Assembly: GCA_973895155.1 (NCBI GenBank)
Contig: OZ316896.1
Location: forward strand, 1,302,001 to 1,366,000
DNA length: 64,000 bases
Direction of reading: 5' to 3'
DNA from: Marsupella aquatica
Taxonomy: Eukaryota > Plantae > Marchantiophyta
Below, piece after piece: positions 27,320-40,500 of the stretch; positions within the stretch are counted from its first letter, which is position 1, and the number at the start of each line of letters is the position of its first letter. The translations under genes were made by a program, and so were the position numbers. Under the pieces are notes generated by a model. That model was not told the DNA's origin. It saw nothing but the letters and a program-made list of their open reading frames with translations, and did no database searches.

Positions 27320-27610
27320 GCTCTCTTGAACCAGACGCAGACCATCTGCAAAGGAACCCGAAACCTTGGTGGTGTCTGCAGACTTGTACTCTGCAATGCA
27401 AAAACTTCAGAAGTTAGAGAGTACGATCATGCCATGAAATTGACAATAACACAAAATAACCCGCAGTGAGTTGCTGTCTTGAACCAAACGCAGCACAATC
27501 TGCACAGGAACCCAAACGCTTGGTGGTGTTTGCAGACTTGTACTCTGTAATGCAAAAACTTCAGAAGTCATAGAGTAAGATCATGCCATGAAATTGACAA
27601 TAACACAAAA
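27320..27610. repeat. Two-copy direct repeat, unit about 155 bp
   Basis: CTTGAACCA.ACGCAG...GCAGACTTGTACTCTG.AATGCAAAAACTTCAGAAGT...GATCATGCCATGAAATTGACAATAACACAAAA occurs twice. Confidence 0.85.
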
Positions 27611-28250
27611 CATCCGGACAGGCCTATCGATATCACCTGTCGTCAGTTCAGTTTCTTGCTTGTTGGTTGTGCAAGTCACGTTAAGAATAGAAATCCGCCC
27701 CCTTAGAATGAACTGCCAGAGCATCTCAGCCCTCTAGTGTCGTCCTCTGTTAGAACACTGAAGCGCGTACACCATTGTCTTCCGTCATCTGTCGCGTTGT
27801 AGGGACCTGCTATAGCCAATTGCAATCTTCCGATCAGGTAATCCAAATAGATGTGCCCCAAGAAGCTGTAGTTAAATGAAACGTGTATTAACACTCCATG
27901 AATGAGATGCAGGTTTTGGAACTTTCAATGGATTCTGAAGAAAATGTGCAAATTGCCACTACATTTACATAATATGACGATGGGATGACTCAATTTGTAA
28001 TATACTTTGTGGTCAATACCAAAAGATAATTGTGTACTCAATAGTATGAGTGTTCACCGTCACATGTCCTCGAACAAGTCTAGGATGGCCGTGAACCATT
28101 CGCACAAAATGGAAGAAACGTCGTTCGGTGTAATTCATCAGTACTATGTTGTATTGTTTAGACACATCTGCGCACAAAATTTAACAGATAAGAGTTACAA
28201 AGTTTGGACAACCTCGAACCAGTGGGATACACACTTAAAGTCTACAGCGT

Positions 28251-28485
28251 AAGATTTACCGTTGAATGCATTCATCGAAATGTATCACTGGTTACCAGCG
28301 ATCTTCTAGCATTACTGCCAACTGAGAGAAGATTTACCGTTGGATTCATTCATCGAAATATATCACTGGTGGACCAGCGATTTTTTAGCATTACTGCTAA
28401 TTGAGACAAGATTTCCGTTGGATTCATTCATCGAAATGTATCACCAGCGGACCAGCGATTTTCTAGCATTATTGCCAACTAAGAC
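28251..28485. repeat. Three-copy tandem repeat, unit about 78 bp, just downstream of the separase stop
   Basis: AAGATTT(A)CCGTTG.AT.CATTCATCGAAAT.TATCAC...ACCAGCGAT.TT.TAGCATTA.TGC.AA.T occurs three times. Confidence 0.9.
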
Positions 28486-28588
28486 AGTACCCAAGAAATC
28501 CCACCTGCAGCCTAACAACCTCAACAAGAAACAGAAGCAGAAATGCAATGACAGCAAGCCATTGTGCGAGAAACGGTAGACATGCTCA

Positions 28589-31500
28589 TCAATGTTCAAA
28601 TCGCGAAAATGGCACCTGTGTCAAAACTCCTGTCGGTACCCCATAGCACACAGGTGAAGCGCCTATCAGATGTGGGAGCCGACAGGCATTTCGGCTCTGT
28701 CCAATTCTGGACCCTATCCGGTGAATGTCTTCTGAATTTGAGCCAAGGTGGGTCTGACTTTCCAAGATCACACCGTTGACCTTGCTCGCAAATCTTGCTC
28801 GAAAAGCTGTCTTATCATTCTGTCTTTCTCTCATAGCAAGCTCACAGTCACTCGAGTCTCGTATTCCTTTTGCAGAACCCGAATCCTCAGTTTCTGGCTG
28901 GGAGGCCAGCCAACTGTGGAGTAACGACCTACTGAAGCGGTCAATGTCTCCATCGGTTACATCCCATAGATTGGCAACGACGGCTGGGCACCCAGCCATC
29001 AGATAAGATAACACCACACCCACAGGTTGATATTCGCCACGCAAGGAAAGACGGCCACTACTGCAACCCATGAGCAGCGATGCAGCGCAGTGGTCTAAGC
29101 GCCGTACGTACCTTTCTGGTAAGTACTGATCCCCTGCTTCAACAGGAATACAGTTAGATTTTCCTCTTCGAATCGATCCGATGAACCCTCATACGTTAAT
29201 CATTTGACGGGTTCTTATTCTAGGTCCTCAAGTGTCACATGTAACCAAAAACTGACATTCAGGAATTACTGCAGCAAGTTAACCACCACTTAAGTCAGTT
29301 GAGCCAGGAAAGTTTATTTTGAACAGGTTGATGATAAGTACCACTTCCGTGCCCAAGATATACGAACAGGTCGTGCTTTTGAAGTCCGGTCTGGTACTCG
29401 TCTGCAGTAGGTATTGTGCCTGCCTTACCCTGATAATCAGAAGCCAAGACAGATCCAATGTCAAATTGAAGGTCGATAAGGGTTGCTTTTGAGGATACAC
29501 AAGACAGGCTATATGCTACAAATCATAGCAAGAAAAACTAGTAAGTAGCTTCAGGGACAGTTAAGCCACAGATTCTAAGGTGAGGTGGGTCACAGGTTAT
29601 TACTTTCCATCCCAGCTGCTTTGTGAACCAATCCTCAAATGCTGCTTGTGTTTTTGGAAGATCTCCATTGGGATTCAAGATGTAGTATGTGTTATACGGA
29701 TTAACACATGTTACACCCAAAGGTTTGTCAGAAGCGAGCCCCTTTGCTGCATTTATAGAGGAACGCTTGTTTGCTTTGACCTTCTTTTCCCCAGCCTTTC
29801 GAACTGGGACCTGATGAATGTCTAAAGCTCTCAGCCGATCTGACAAACTGTCACATTCATGATGAAGATCTACTCCTCTTAACCGGTCTGAAGATTTGTC
29901 ACATTGATGCTGGATATAGACTGCGTGCATCGTCCCCAAAGATGGCATGCGATAGATCTCATGATCTCTTAAAACCGGTAGACTTTCCCACGGCAATGCC
30001 TAAGAAATGTGCCAACCACAAGTAATTAGAGCCAATAACAAAAATCTGAACGAAAAGGTACTCCAATTAAATTTTTGTGATCTGTACATCAATAAAAGAC
30101 AAACTCCTCTCCATAGTCGTTCCATCTATTCAAATAAAGGCAAATCGAACAATGGACTTTGAAGCTCTAATCGACTGTCTATGGGGGACTGAGGTTTTGC
30201 AATGCCTCTCCTTAGTAATGTATTCATTCCTTGAAGCTCTGCAGTGATACTTTTGGAGTTGGGTGCGCACAATTGTTAAAAGAATATCATTTCTGCGCGG
30301 TCCAAACTTTAACGAAAAAATAGCACATGTTGCTGGTTGAGTAGTAATACAGAATTGGAAGAGATTTCAAGACTAAATTTTCTCGATCACCTATGATACA
30401 GCGCTAATTGCAGATAGAGTAATTTCATCGAGAGCAGTACATGGGATGAGTAAAGCCCAATGGATTCGTAAAGCCCGAAGTACCTGTGCGTCAGAATCCA
30501 GAACTAGCTGCAGAGGCTCTCGTTGCACATGGGCATCTAGACTGTACAAACCATCTGACACCATCTGTAAAACTGTCTCCAATGGATTTTGATTCTTTGA
30601 GCCTGCTTTGCCTTTGGCTAGCCTTCTTGATCTTCTTTTACCATTATTTTCATTGAGGAATTTCAGTTCGTCACCCTCGCATGCCTTAGTTGACAGTAGA
30701 TATGCCGCACGGAATAAATTTGATACTTGCTTAATCTGTTCGTATCTTTCTGCTTCGCCCTTCTTCCATCTGCAAGCGTTGCAATCATCTCCACATTCGT
30801 TTGAATGGATGTCACAAGACTGGTAATCACGAATCCCTAGCATGTTGGCAGTTGCTTTCTCAAGTTCAGGTGCGCTAAGGCAACCAACGGCCTGGAGAAG
30901 AATTTTCACAAAGCCCTGATCAATATTGCTGGATTGTTCCTGAGTGATCATAGAACTCATCACGTCGTGCAAATAGACTGAGCAGAGCTCAAACGATTTG
31001 ACTACAGATGCCTGCTGTGGTTCTCCAAGTAGAAGACATTTGAAGGGTCCTAGCCATGAATCTTCAACCGTCCTGTGTGCATAGAAAATATTGTTGTTTT
31101 TAAACGGTGATTTCAATTGAGGAAAGCTTGTAGGATAGGACAGAAGATAGAGCTAGATTTATCTAAAACATTGAAGTACAATTACATCTTCACAGAGCAG
31201 AGATCATAGATAAATAGAAATGTCACTGGTCTTCATCAAGTATCCCGATGACAAGAAACATATGCACAAACTATCACAGGAGTTAGTAGAATGAGTGCAG
31301 GTCATAGAGAATCACAGCAATCTCTTGCATTCATACAAAGGAAAGAGAAACAGCGAAGGAAGTGGAGCTTACCTCAAGAGCAGCGAGAGTCTTCTGTCTA
31401 GCTCCATCCTCCACTTCCACCATAAACTCTTTTCCTCGAGTGTAGTAACAGGTTGAGTCCCAGATGTTGAAAGTCGGCTATCCTCCAGGACTGATATGAA

Positions 31501-34500
31501 CTCCGCAGCGACTCTCTGCAGCACTGTGTCGTTGTTCTTGTGCACCCGATTCAGATCTTCTGGCGGAGGGGTTTGCTGTTCCTCAATATGATTGTTGCAA
31601 TCATCATCCTCATCGTCACTCAAATCATAAGGGGTAGTGGAAGACTCCATTGATTTCGATCGACCAACATATGTAGGATCTGCGGTGAATTTTAATTCAG
31701 ATATTTGGACTCTCAATGGTTATTGTCACGAGGATAAGGAAATGCCATTTCCGAGCAGGAAACCCTATGTTCTAATCTGACGCACAGCTGAAGGGGAGTA
31801 TCTAGAGGAGTGCTGATACAATCTTGAGATCCTTAAATCCGCATTTCCCATTTCCCAATTCCCCTCGAGTAAAATAATATGTTGCAATGAACAATTCAGC
31901 AAACAGAGTGGCCACATGGATAGAAATCTTACTTTCCAGGAGAGGTGGAGCCGGCAACAAAACCACGACTGGTTTCGATGCAACGCTCCACCGTGTCACA
32001 AGGAGCCAATCCGCAACAGCATCAGAGTACTCAACAGAACCCAAATAATTGCCTTTCAGCATATTCACATCGTCCGCACTTACAAAGCTTATGCAGCATA
32101 CCATAGAACTTGGAAGCCGGTCCCAGAATTCTCTCGCTTGCTTTCCAATGCTTTCGATATCTACTGGATCAATTCTGTTAAGAAAATGATCAAGTCAGGC
32201 TTGACAGAAGAAAGCAAGTTACGAAACAGCCACAACCAGCTTTTGAAATGACGAGTTCATCTAAGTATACTACCATCTCAGTATACTAAGTGGCTGCAAG
32301 AACCATTCAATTCAAAAATAGGATACCTAACCTGAATAATTAATTGTGACTTTGTACAAACCTGAGTGCTAGCTGCATATTCTCCATACAACCTTTTGAA
32401 AGTGATGGATGAATGTGCTGCACCAGAATCAAACGTAAAATGATGAAATGATATTTGAAATGACAATGCCAAGTTAAAGCCCAGCTCATCTTTACGTTTT
32501 CGATATTTAACAAAATTGGGCACTGCGGATCTCAGGAAAAAGGCTGATGTGCAGAATTTCAAAACGCACCGTCAACATCAGGTTTAAGTGATGACGTACC
32601 TGACGGTCCTCAAGGCTTGCGTCCAGAACTAGCTTTGAATCCAGAACTGCAAGGTGTTGCTGACGGATTGCCGTGCCCAGTGACACCTGGTGAAAGTATG
32701 CTGCCACTTCTGCCATATCATCTGTGGATAGGCTCCCTTGGTATACTGAGGAGGGGACAACCCACGAAGGTGGCACGTGGAGGATGGCGAGGAGTTTTGC
32801 AATCTGAAGAGTTTTGAATGCGCATCGAAACAGTGAAACCCTGAACTTTCCATGGCTTCATCATAGAGGGTGACTTTAAATGCCAGAAGGCTCAGGATGT
32901 GTAAATGCACTAAATCAAAGTCCATACTTCCTACACCAGATGTCTAGTAGCTCAAGCAGTATTAATCAATCCAGATGTGGGGAATCAAGAAAGCAAACCT
33001 TATGGAGCAGATGTGGGACTTGACGGCAGAGAGAAAAGGCACGATAAAGCCATTTCATATTCTGGAACCTGCCCTTTTCCAGGTAATCAGAGTCTTTTCT
33101 AAATCTACCAGCATACCTGTTCACGACATTGAGGCACGGCTCGAGTTATCAGAAAGCATATGAAGTGATCGATTGTGACGCAGTGTGACACAAGGAAAGG
33201 ACAGCGCAAAATATTTGACATGATGTCTTCCGCTTCATCTATATCAAATACTAGAACTTGCTTCATCTGCGTGGAAATATTAACTTTGGCTTTAGAGTCA
33301 TATGTTTATTAATTCAAATAAACATCATCCATTGGTTTTCATCATCAATTGCCAAACAAACAACCATGTTCATAAGTTCCTGAGTGTTTATTTAGTAGCA
33401 AGATCATTTCTTTCCGAATGATTCTTATAAAAGCTTGCAGTGGAGGGGTTCTACCAAGATCACCTTAATTCGCCAGAATGCTGCTGAAGATGTAATGTAC
33501 TCAAATGGTACAGAAGTGCACCCTCTTCCACGGGAAACAAGCTCAGTCTTACTGCTGCATTTTCTGGCTGAGGAAGGCTAGATATGTTGAGAACAGACAT
33601 AGCCCTTTCAAATATACGAAAAGCGTCATCAAGTTCTTCTAAATGGGCGTGACACTTTCCTGGATATCAAACAGAACCAAATGCACAGTTACACCTCAGA
33701 AGCAATAAATGTGGGCATATCTAAAGACAATAACTACTGTCACCTTGCTTTAGGAGGACACTACTATCCTCTGAAGGAGCCCAAACAAGATTGAAAACCC
33801 GAGTCAAGGGAGCACAATTAGGATTTACTAGGAAGATGTAGAATTTGAAGCTGACATGCCTTTTTGAAGGAGCACCCTGCTCATTAGTTTCCGCCCAACC
33901 TGAGTCCATTTACAAGCTGGCCAGTCCTCGAAAGAGAGTGACCACTCTGATGGTCCAAACGGAAAGGGACATGATTTTTCTCCAGTTTCTTCCACAGGCA
34001 ACGAAAGTCTTGTAATTGCCGCCGTATAATGAGATAAAGCACTGGTCAGGGATTTGCCAAGATCAGCTTCTGTGATGTTTGATTGTGAGGCGCTCTCCTT
34101 CCTTCTGCCCTGTTGGCAGCACCAATAATGTCGGGCTAGATCCCCACTCCGAATTTCTAACAAAGCCTTGCCTAAAAGGATGCAAGATTCGCAAAATCTA
34201 CTGGTTTGCAAATCATCAAACACTTGCTTCGCTTCGATAAAGTAGCGCTCTGCACTTTCCCATAAATGCCTCTTCCGGTGCACTTCACCTGCAACGGAAG
34301 TAGAATTTGGTACATGCGGTAATTATTAACGATGTCAAGACCAGTTACTCTGGGCTTATCAAACGGGAAAGTACCAGACGGTAAAGATAGATGCATGAGT
34401 TGAAACCCAAACTTGACCAACCATCTACAGTACGATCTGTGTCTCCTAATTTAGTACAAAACGCCGGCTTATACAAGTCGCTTGATGACAAACATTAGCA

Positions 34501-37500
34501 TTGCTAGATGTCTCCCAGTGGTTTATAATGCCTGCTTAAACATCTAACAGCCTAATCAGAGTCTGCAAAAGGGCAAGGAATACATTATACTGACATCTAA
34601 TCGATTCTCAGTGACCTGGAGATTTCCTGTACAATTTTTTCAACGTGATTCTCACATTGAATCCATCCATCAATCCAGCTTCCTCTGTAAGACACTTCCA
34701 TGAGGTTGTAGAGACGACCATTTTCAGAGAATGCAAGCTAGTTTCTCATAATCAGATAGGGTCGATCGCAAAGTATGACCAATTGGAAGCAGCTTTGTCA
34801 TATTATCTTAGTCATGTTGACGATTGTGTCTTATATCTTTTGTAGCAAGTTCATAAACATATGGCAAACACCAACGAAGAATCAAGGCAGGCCACAAACC
34901 CAAGGATGAGCTGAAAGATGCCAGTGCCCAAGGTAGATTCTGTGCCTTGGCCAACCGATGTCCCTCACGAAAGTGACCCTCAGCTTCATCCACTGCTCCC
35001 ATTTGCTCATAAATTACTCCAACCTGCATTATTATCAAAGCCACATAACTCGATAAGTCAGATCCAAGAAAACCCAGGGCAACGGCTGTTGCTAGGAAAG
35101 AATGACGGATATAGTGCCAGCTGAGGGCTATATAAGCGTATCACAGTTTCTTCATCGAAGAAAATGTTTCTCAGGAATTAGCGAGTAGCATATCAGAAAC
35201 ACACACAGACTCAGAGATAGGTTTTCTGAATTTTTCATTCTCATTGAAATTCTTATTAAAGCCTATTGACCATACCTTCATAAATCGTCAAGGAAAAGGG
35301 GAATGCTTCTCAAGAATTCTATATTGCGAAACTAGATCTCAAGGTTACATTCTTTTGCATATTACGCAACAAAGATAACAACAACTTGTCGTCTAGCCGA
35401 CATACAGAATGCTTGCACGATTGGCGCTGAGCCAGGAAGGATATGGTAGACAATTTAAACCTGCATAAGACTTTCAATATAATCACCGAGAATTCTCCAA
35501 TGGCTAGGATGGGAAAGGCAGTGCTGAAGTTCTACTGAAAACGGCCATGACCATGTTGCTGAAGACCCAATTCCCTCTCGCAATTGAAGAAAATCCGGAT
35601 TTCCATTATCTGGTGTGTTGGAGGTAATATTGCCCATACCACCTGAAGCACTCTTTCCTGAATTACGAAACACGTACTTGAACAGCCTCGAACGTATCTG
35701 GAGGGCTTCTTTGGCATTCCTTATCGCCTGCACGCAGAGTGCTAATTAGTTTCGTAAGCGTCTGCCAAAACACCTGAAATTCTCTTAGTCTAGCAACTCA
35801 TTAAATAAGTTTTCTGGAAACATAACTGGGTGGAGTCAACTCTCTACATTCTTGCCTTGCATATAATCCAAAATATTCTTAATCACAAGGGAAATCTATA
35901 ACAAGGAAAGTTTAATCCATTCGGGAAACGAGATACCTCATGGGTATCACCCTGAGCAAAAGAGAGCTCTGCAATAAAATGATATAGTCCTGCTGTTTCA
36001 AGGGTAAACAGAGTCGACTTCTGCCCCTGCAAGCAATAAAGAATTGCCTTAACGTCCATAGAACAGTTCTGATAAATTTGATCGTCGACAAGATATTCAA
36101 ACTCTTACAACCTGAAATTATTTAGTTCGAAGTATTCTGGACTGTACCGCCACTTGACCTCCTAAATAAACTTTTCCACGATGCCTATCTTTTTTCTAAT
36201 GAAACGATGAAAGTAAAAACTAGTAATAAATAAATAATCATGACGGCATAGGAGTGTGTTCTCACATTAGATAGTCTTCCATAAACCAGGTTCTTTATGT
36301 GCTCAATCGTGTCAGGTTTCTGAATTGAAGATCTGCCGCTTCCGATAACTTCACCTTTGAGATCAAGAAAAGCTTGAATTGAATGCCAATGGGCTTCTAA
36401 GAGAGATCCTGGAAAGAGATAAAAGTATCCTTGCCAGAATTCTTCTGGACTACCTACCGCATTCAAGGTCTGCCTAATAGTCGAAAAACATCCCACAGGA
36501 AACGCCACAGTACACAACATATGGCCCGCTCGACCTTTCATCCAAAACTCCACCCACGCTTTCTCTGCACTAGACTGCTTTGAGTTTCTAAGCACTTTCA
36601 GGATCACCACTTGTGCCTCATGTAGAAGAATGGAATAACCCTGCAAGAGTAAGAGCTTTTTTAAAATAGAACTGATTGTCCAAGCCCAACGATCCCTTTA
36701 TGAGAAGACAAAGTGGGAAGAACGGCAGATATGCCATAAGCGTCACAGATGTATACACAGAAAATGATACGCCATGCTAGAAGGTCCACATGGTACATAG
36801 AGTGGAATTTTCTGCATCTCTTTCGTGATCGCAAGCATGAACAATAGAAATTCGTCGACACATAGAGCTAACTGGCCCGCTCACAAACCCTGGGCTGGGG
36901 AGAAACATATGGGCAAGTCCTCAAAGCTACTCAAAAGAGAGAAGGATCCATTATATGGCATTTGTCATTTAGTTACTGCGACATTGTTGTGTAATCTATG
37001 GTATGGATCAAGACTCTACGATATGTGCTGGATCAAGACTCTACGATATGTGCTGACCAGAGAACTGTTTTCACAGATACCAATAATCATTTCACAGGTT
37101 AGCTACTAATCACGTTCCGCTGTAGCCCTGGAATGAGTAAAATAGCACAATCTAATATCAATTTTCTTTTTAGTTCCAACTTGCCCGTCCTAGAGAGAGA
37201 TACCTCCCGATCTTCAATTCATACTTCTTGTATATTTACAGAAGCAACAGAAGGTCAGACTTGCTCAAGGCGTTTAAAATACCTGAATAGAAAGCAATTC
37301 ACTTATGTACAGTAGCAGCACCAAAGATTCCTCGTCATTTACTGCTATACTTGAAATATTTTGAGGTTCAGATACTCCCCCGTGGACAACATCAGAAGCC
37401 AGTACACATCTCCACATGTTTAATGACAAAACAACGTTGGGAAGAAATTCCTGGCCGTGGTAATCCCAAACCACGATATCAGAGACAGACATATATGGAC

Positions 37501-40500
37501 AGACCAGGATAAAAGTGAGAAAGGACGCAAAGACGTCTACCGTACTTAATAAGAAATGAAGATTATTTAAAGAAATGTGCAAGATACTCAATAGACAGAA
37601 ATATATCTTACGATATACATTCAATGACGAAATCTGTGAGCCTCTACCTGGCAATAATGATCTACTGCATAGGAACAAATCCCCATGATTGAGTAAGCAC
37701 AAGCCAACTGCTGCTCCAAGCAAGCAACTTGCCGTGGGGTGCTTTTCTTTTTGTCCTTCAAAGCTGCTTCCTGCAAAACAATAGCGAACAAGTTATTGAA
37801 GGAAAACGGAACAAAACAACTAGAGACGTTCTCTCCTTATTACAACAGCCCCAAACCATCCTTGGAAACGTGTGGGTGCGCTGGATGGTGTGGCACCGGG
37901 TTGAAGTCAAGACCCCAGAGAATTGTATGATAAACAAAGGGTTGGTCTTCTTCAAATATTCATTCAGATTAGTCGAATGCCTCGACTCTAAACCCCAGAA
38001 ACAAATCCGATTTTCCCATAGCACGTCTACTTCATATCCAGATTTGGTCGCCTTTTGCAGAAGTCCATAAGAAATAGCTTAAACTTACTCTTTCGAACGA
38101 AGTGCAAAAAAAAGCTCTGAGGTTGCTAACCAAGGCCCAACAGGGAACCGTGCCGAGCTCTAAATGATAGGAGGGTGAGAGATGAACAAAGAAGTTAACG
38201 CTAAAAATATGAATAAAATCGCAAGAAAATCTCAGAATTACTAATGAAGAGGCCTTCAATTGCTACTCAGTCCAAAGGGTTTACCATGGATATCACGGCT
38301 TCAGAAATGCACTCAATGCAGCTTGGAAGATTTTCGGCTCCCTGCATTCTTGAATCATAGGTCTTCCTCATTGACACTCTGGATCTCTCAAGTACGAAGT
38401 CTGGTCCCGTATAGAGCTTATTAAGGAGAATCTCCACAATCTGTTCTTTCATTCTGTGACAAGTGTCTGGGAATTGCTCCTCCATTGCCTGACATTCCTT
38501 GTACACCTGCAGAGATACAAGTTTGATCAAAAATAGATTATAGGATCTCACCAGAATTAGTGATGCATTAAAAATTGAAACTTTTGCTCTTGCTACTTGT
38601 CTAGGAAATCCATCGCTATGTCAGAAATTCCCAAAGAACTGAATGGCTCATCTATTCCCATAATGATGTTGGATTGGACCAGAATGCGTCACAACTAAAA
38701 GGTTCTGATATCCTGATCACGTCACCCATTGTTTCAGAGGACCAGAAGGCCATTAGTTCTACTTGGATCGTTATGCCCCAGCTGCCGAGAACGGTGTCCT
38801 GTATTTGCTACCTCGCTTTTCCTCCTCTATTTCTGTCGGAGCATACCCTATCAACTACCTCGAAGTTTCTGAATACTATCTCTTTAACGCTTATTTGGAC
38901 AAGTTTAGCTGCCAAAATTAAAATTGACTGCAAGGGAACTGGTCCGGTCCTCTCACAATCATTCAGGGTCAGAATGTGGCGAAGCATATATTGCACATAG
39001 TTTACTAAACCTTCACAGCATGGTGGCCAGCTGAAATATTGTCAAAAGGACACCATAGACTTTAAAAAATACACTTACCTCCTCTAGGAGCAGACCAATT
39101 ATTTCAACTTGTAGGGGCGGCTGGATGTCACCTATGTAAGTGTACAGCGAGCGCACGTCTGTTGCAGCTGTATTGCTAACTATTGGTTGATTCTCTACGC
39201 AAATCAGCTGTAGACAAGGATGCGGTTCAACGGTTAATAGACCAAACACAATCGTCTACAAGCCTCAATATATAATTATGTTAAATCTCAAAGCTACCAT
39301 AATTCAATACGATGCATACAAGATGTATGACGTATTCATGTGAGAAACTCACTTTCCTCACAGTATGATCAGAGATTATATTACATCTGCATCGTGACGT
39401 GCATAAGATTCAGAATTGTGCGGCTGGGTGCCATGATGACTACTGCTTGGCATCTGGCTATTACCGTTTCCTATGTGTACTACCCCAGGCAAACAACGCA
39501 ACATCTGTAACGCCTGAAGCTCCTGTTGCGAACTACTTTATTGTTCTCCAATCACAGTACTAGCATTCAATGATTACGAAAACGAATAGAAACTGGTCTA
39601 GAATACTGCACCTTTACAAAAGATCTCACAAGGGAGTGTGGACAATTTATTGGCTGCAACTTGGCTTGAGCTTGTGCCCACTGCCCTAGTCCATCAATCA
39701 ATATCAACCTGGCTTGTCCAGGCTCACCGTTACGATTTCTTGCATCTACGAGTGCCAAGCACTTTGCACAAGCTTCAGATAGCATATTGTTTACCGATTC
39801 ACTGGCTTTCTTGTCGGACGAATTGCCGTTAACTTTAGCCCAGGCTGCTTTATGCGCCAAATCAAGGGGCCAACAAGCCTGCGAGGACAACAATTCCAAG
39901 TTCAGCTCCTAAGTTCTTGAATCAATCATGACAGTGATCCAACGACAAACAGAAAAATGCCATCTCAACACAATCAACTTGTCAGCTCTTTAGTAATGAA
40001 GTTCCCTCCTGTATGATAGTTTGTGTGTACGAAAGAAGAAATACATAACATGTCATTCTCAAGCCAAGAACTCACCCTTAGAGCAAGAGGGCGTCACCGC
40101 TGTGGCATCACAAGGATAATCTTGGCTCAAATTAAATATATGATGCCTAAAGAGAATAAAGCTGTATTTGACTTACCAAGCCATACTGCTTACTATTGAA
40201 CAGTTGGACACCCATATTATACGTGGATGACATCAGCCACCACTTCTCTTCAGGCTGTAGTTTATGTATGATATCTCCAATCAATTCAAAATTTCCCTAT
40301 GTACAGAGCATCACAAATGAAACAAGGGACAACGTCAGCAAATGTAGCCCATCTGTCTGTTGAAGTGTTAAAGAGGATGACACATCGACTGTATGAATTT
40401 GACTGCATACAACCTGCACTCGCTGTTCTCTATCGATTGCGTTCCCAAGCGTGGTTGTATGACTCGATGCGTCATGAGCTCAATCCAATCAGTTAAGGTC

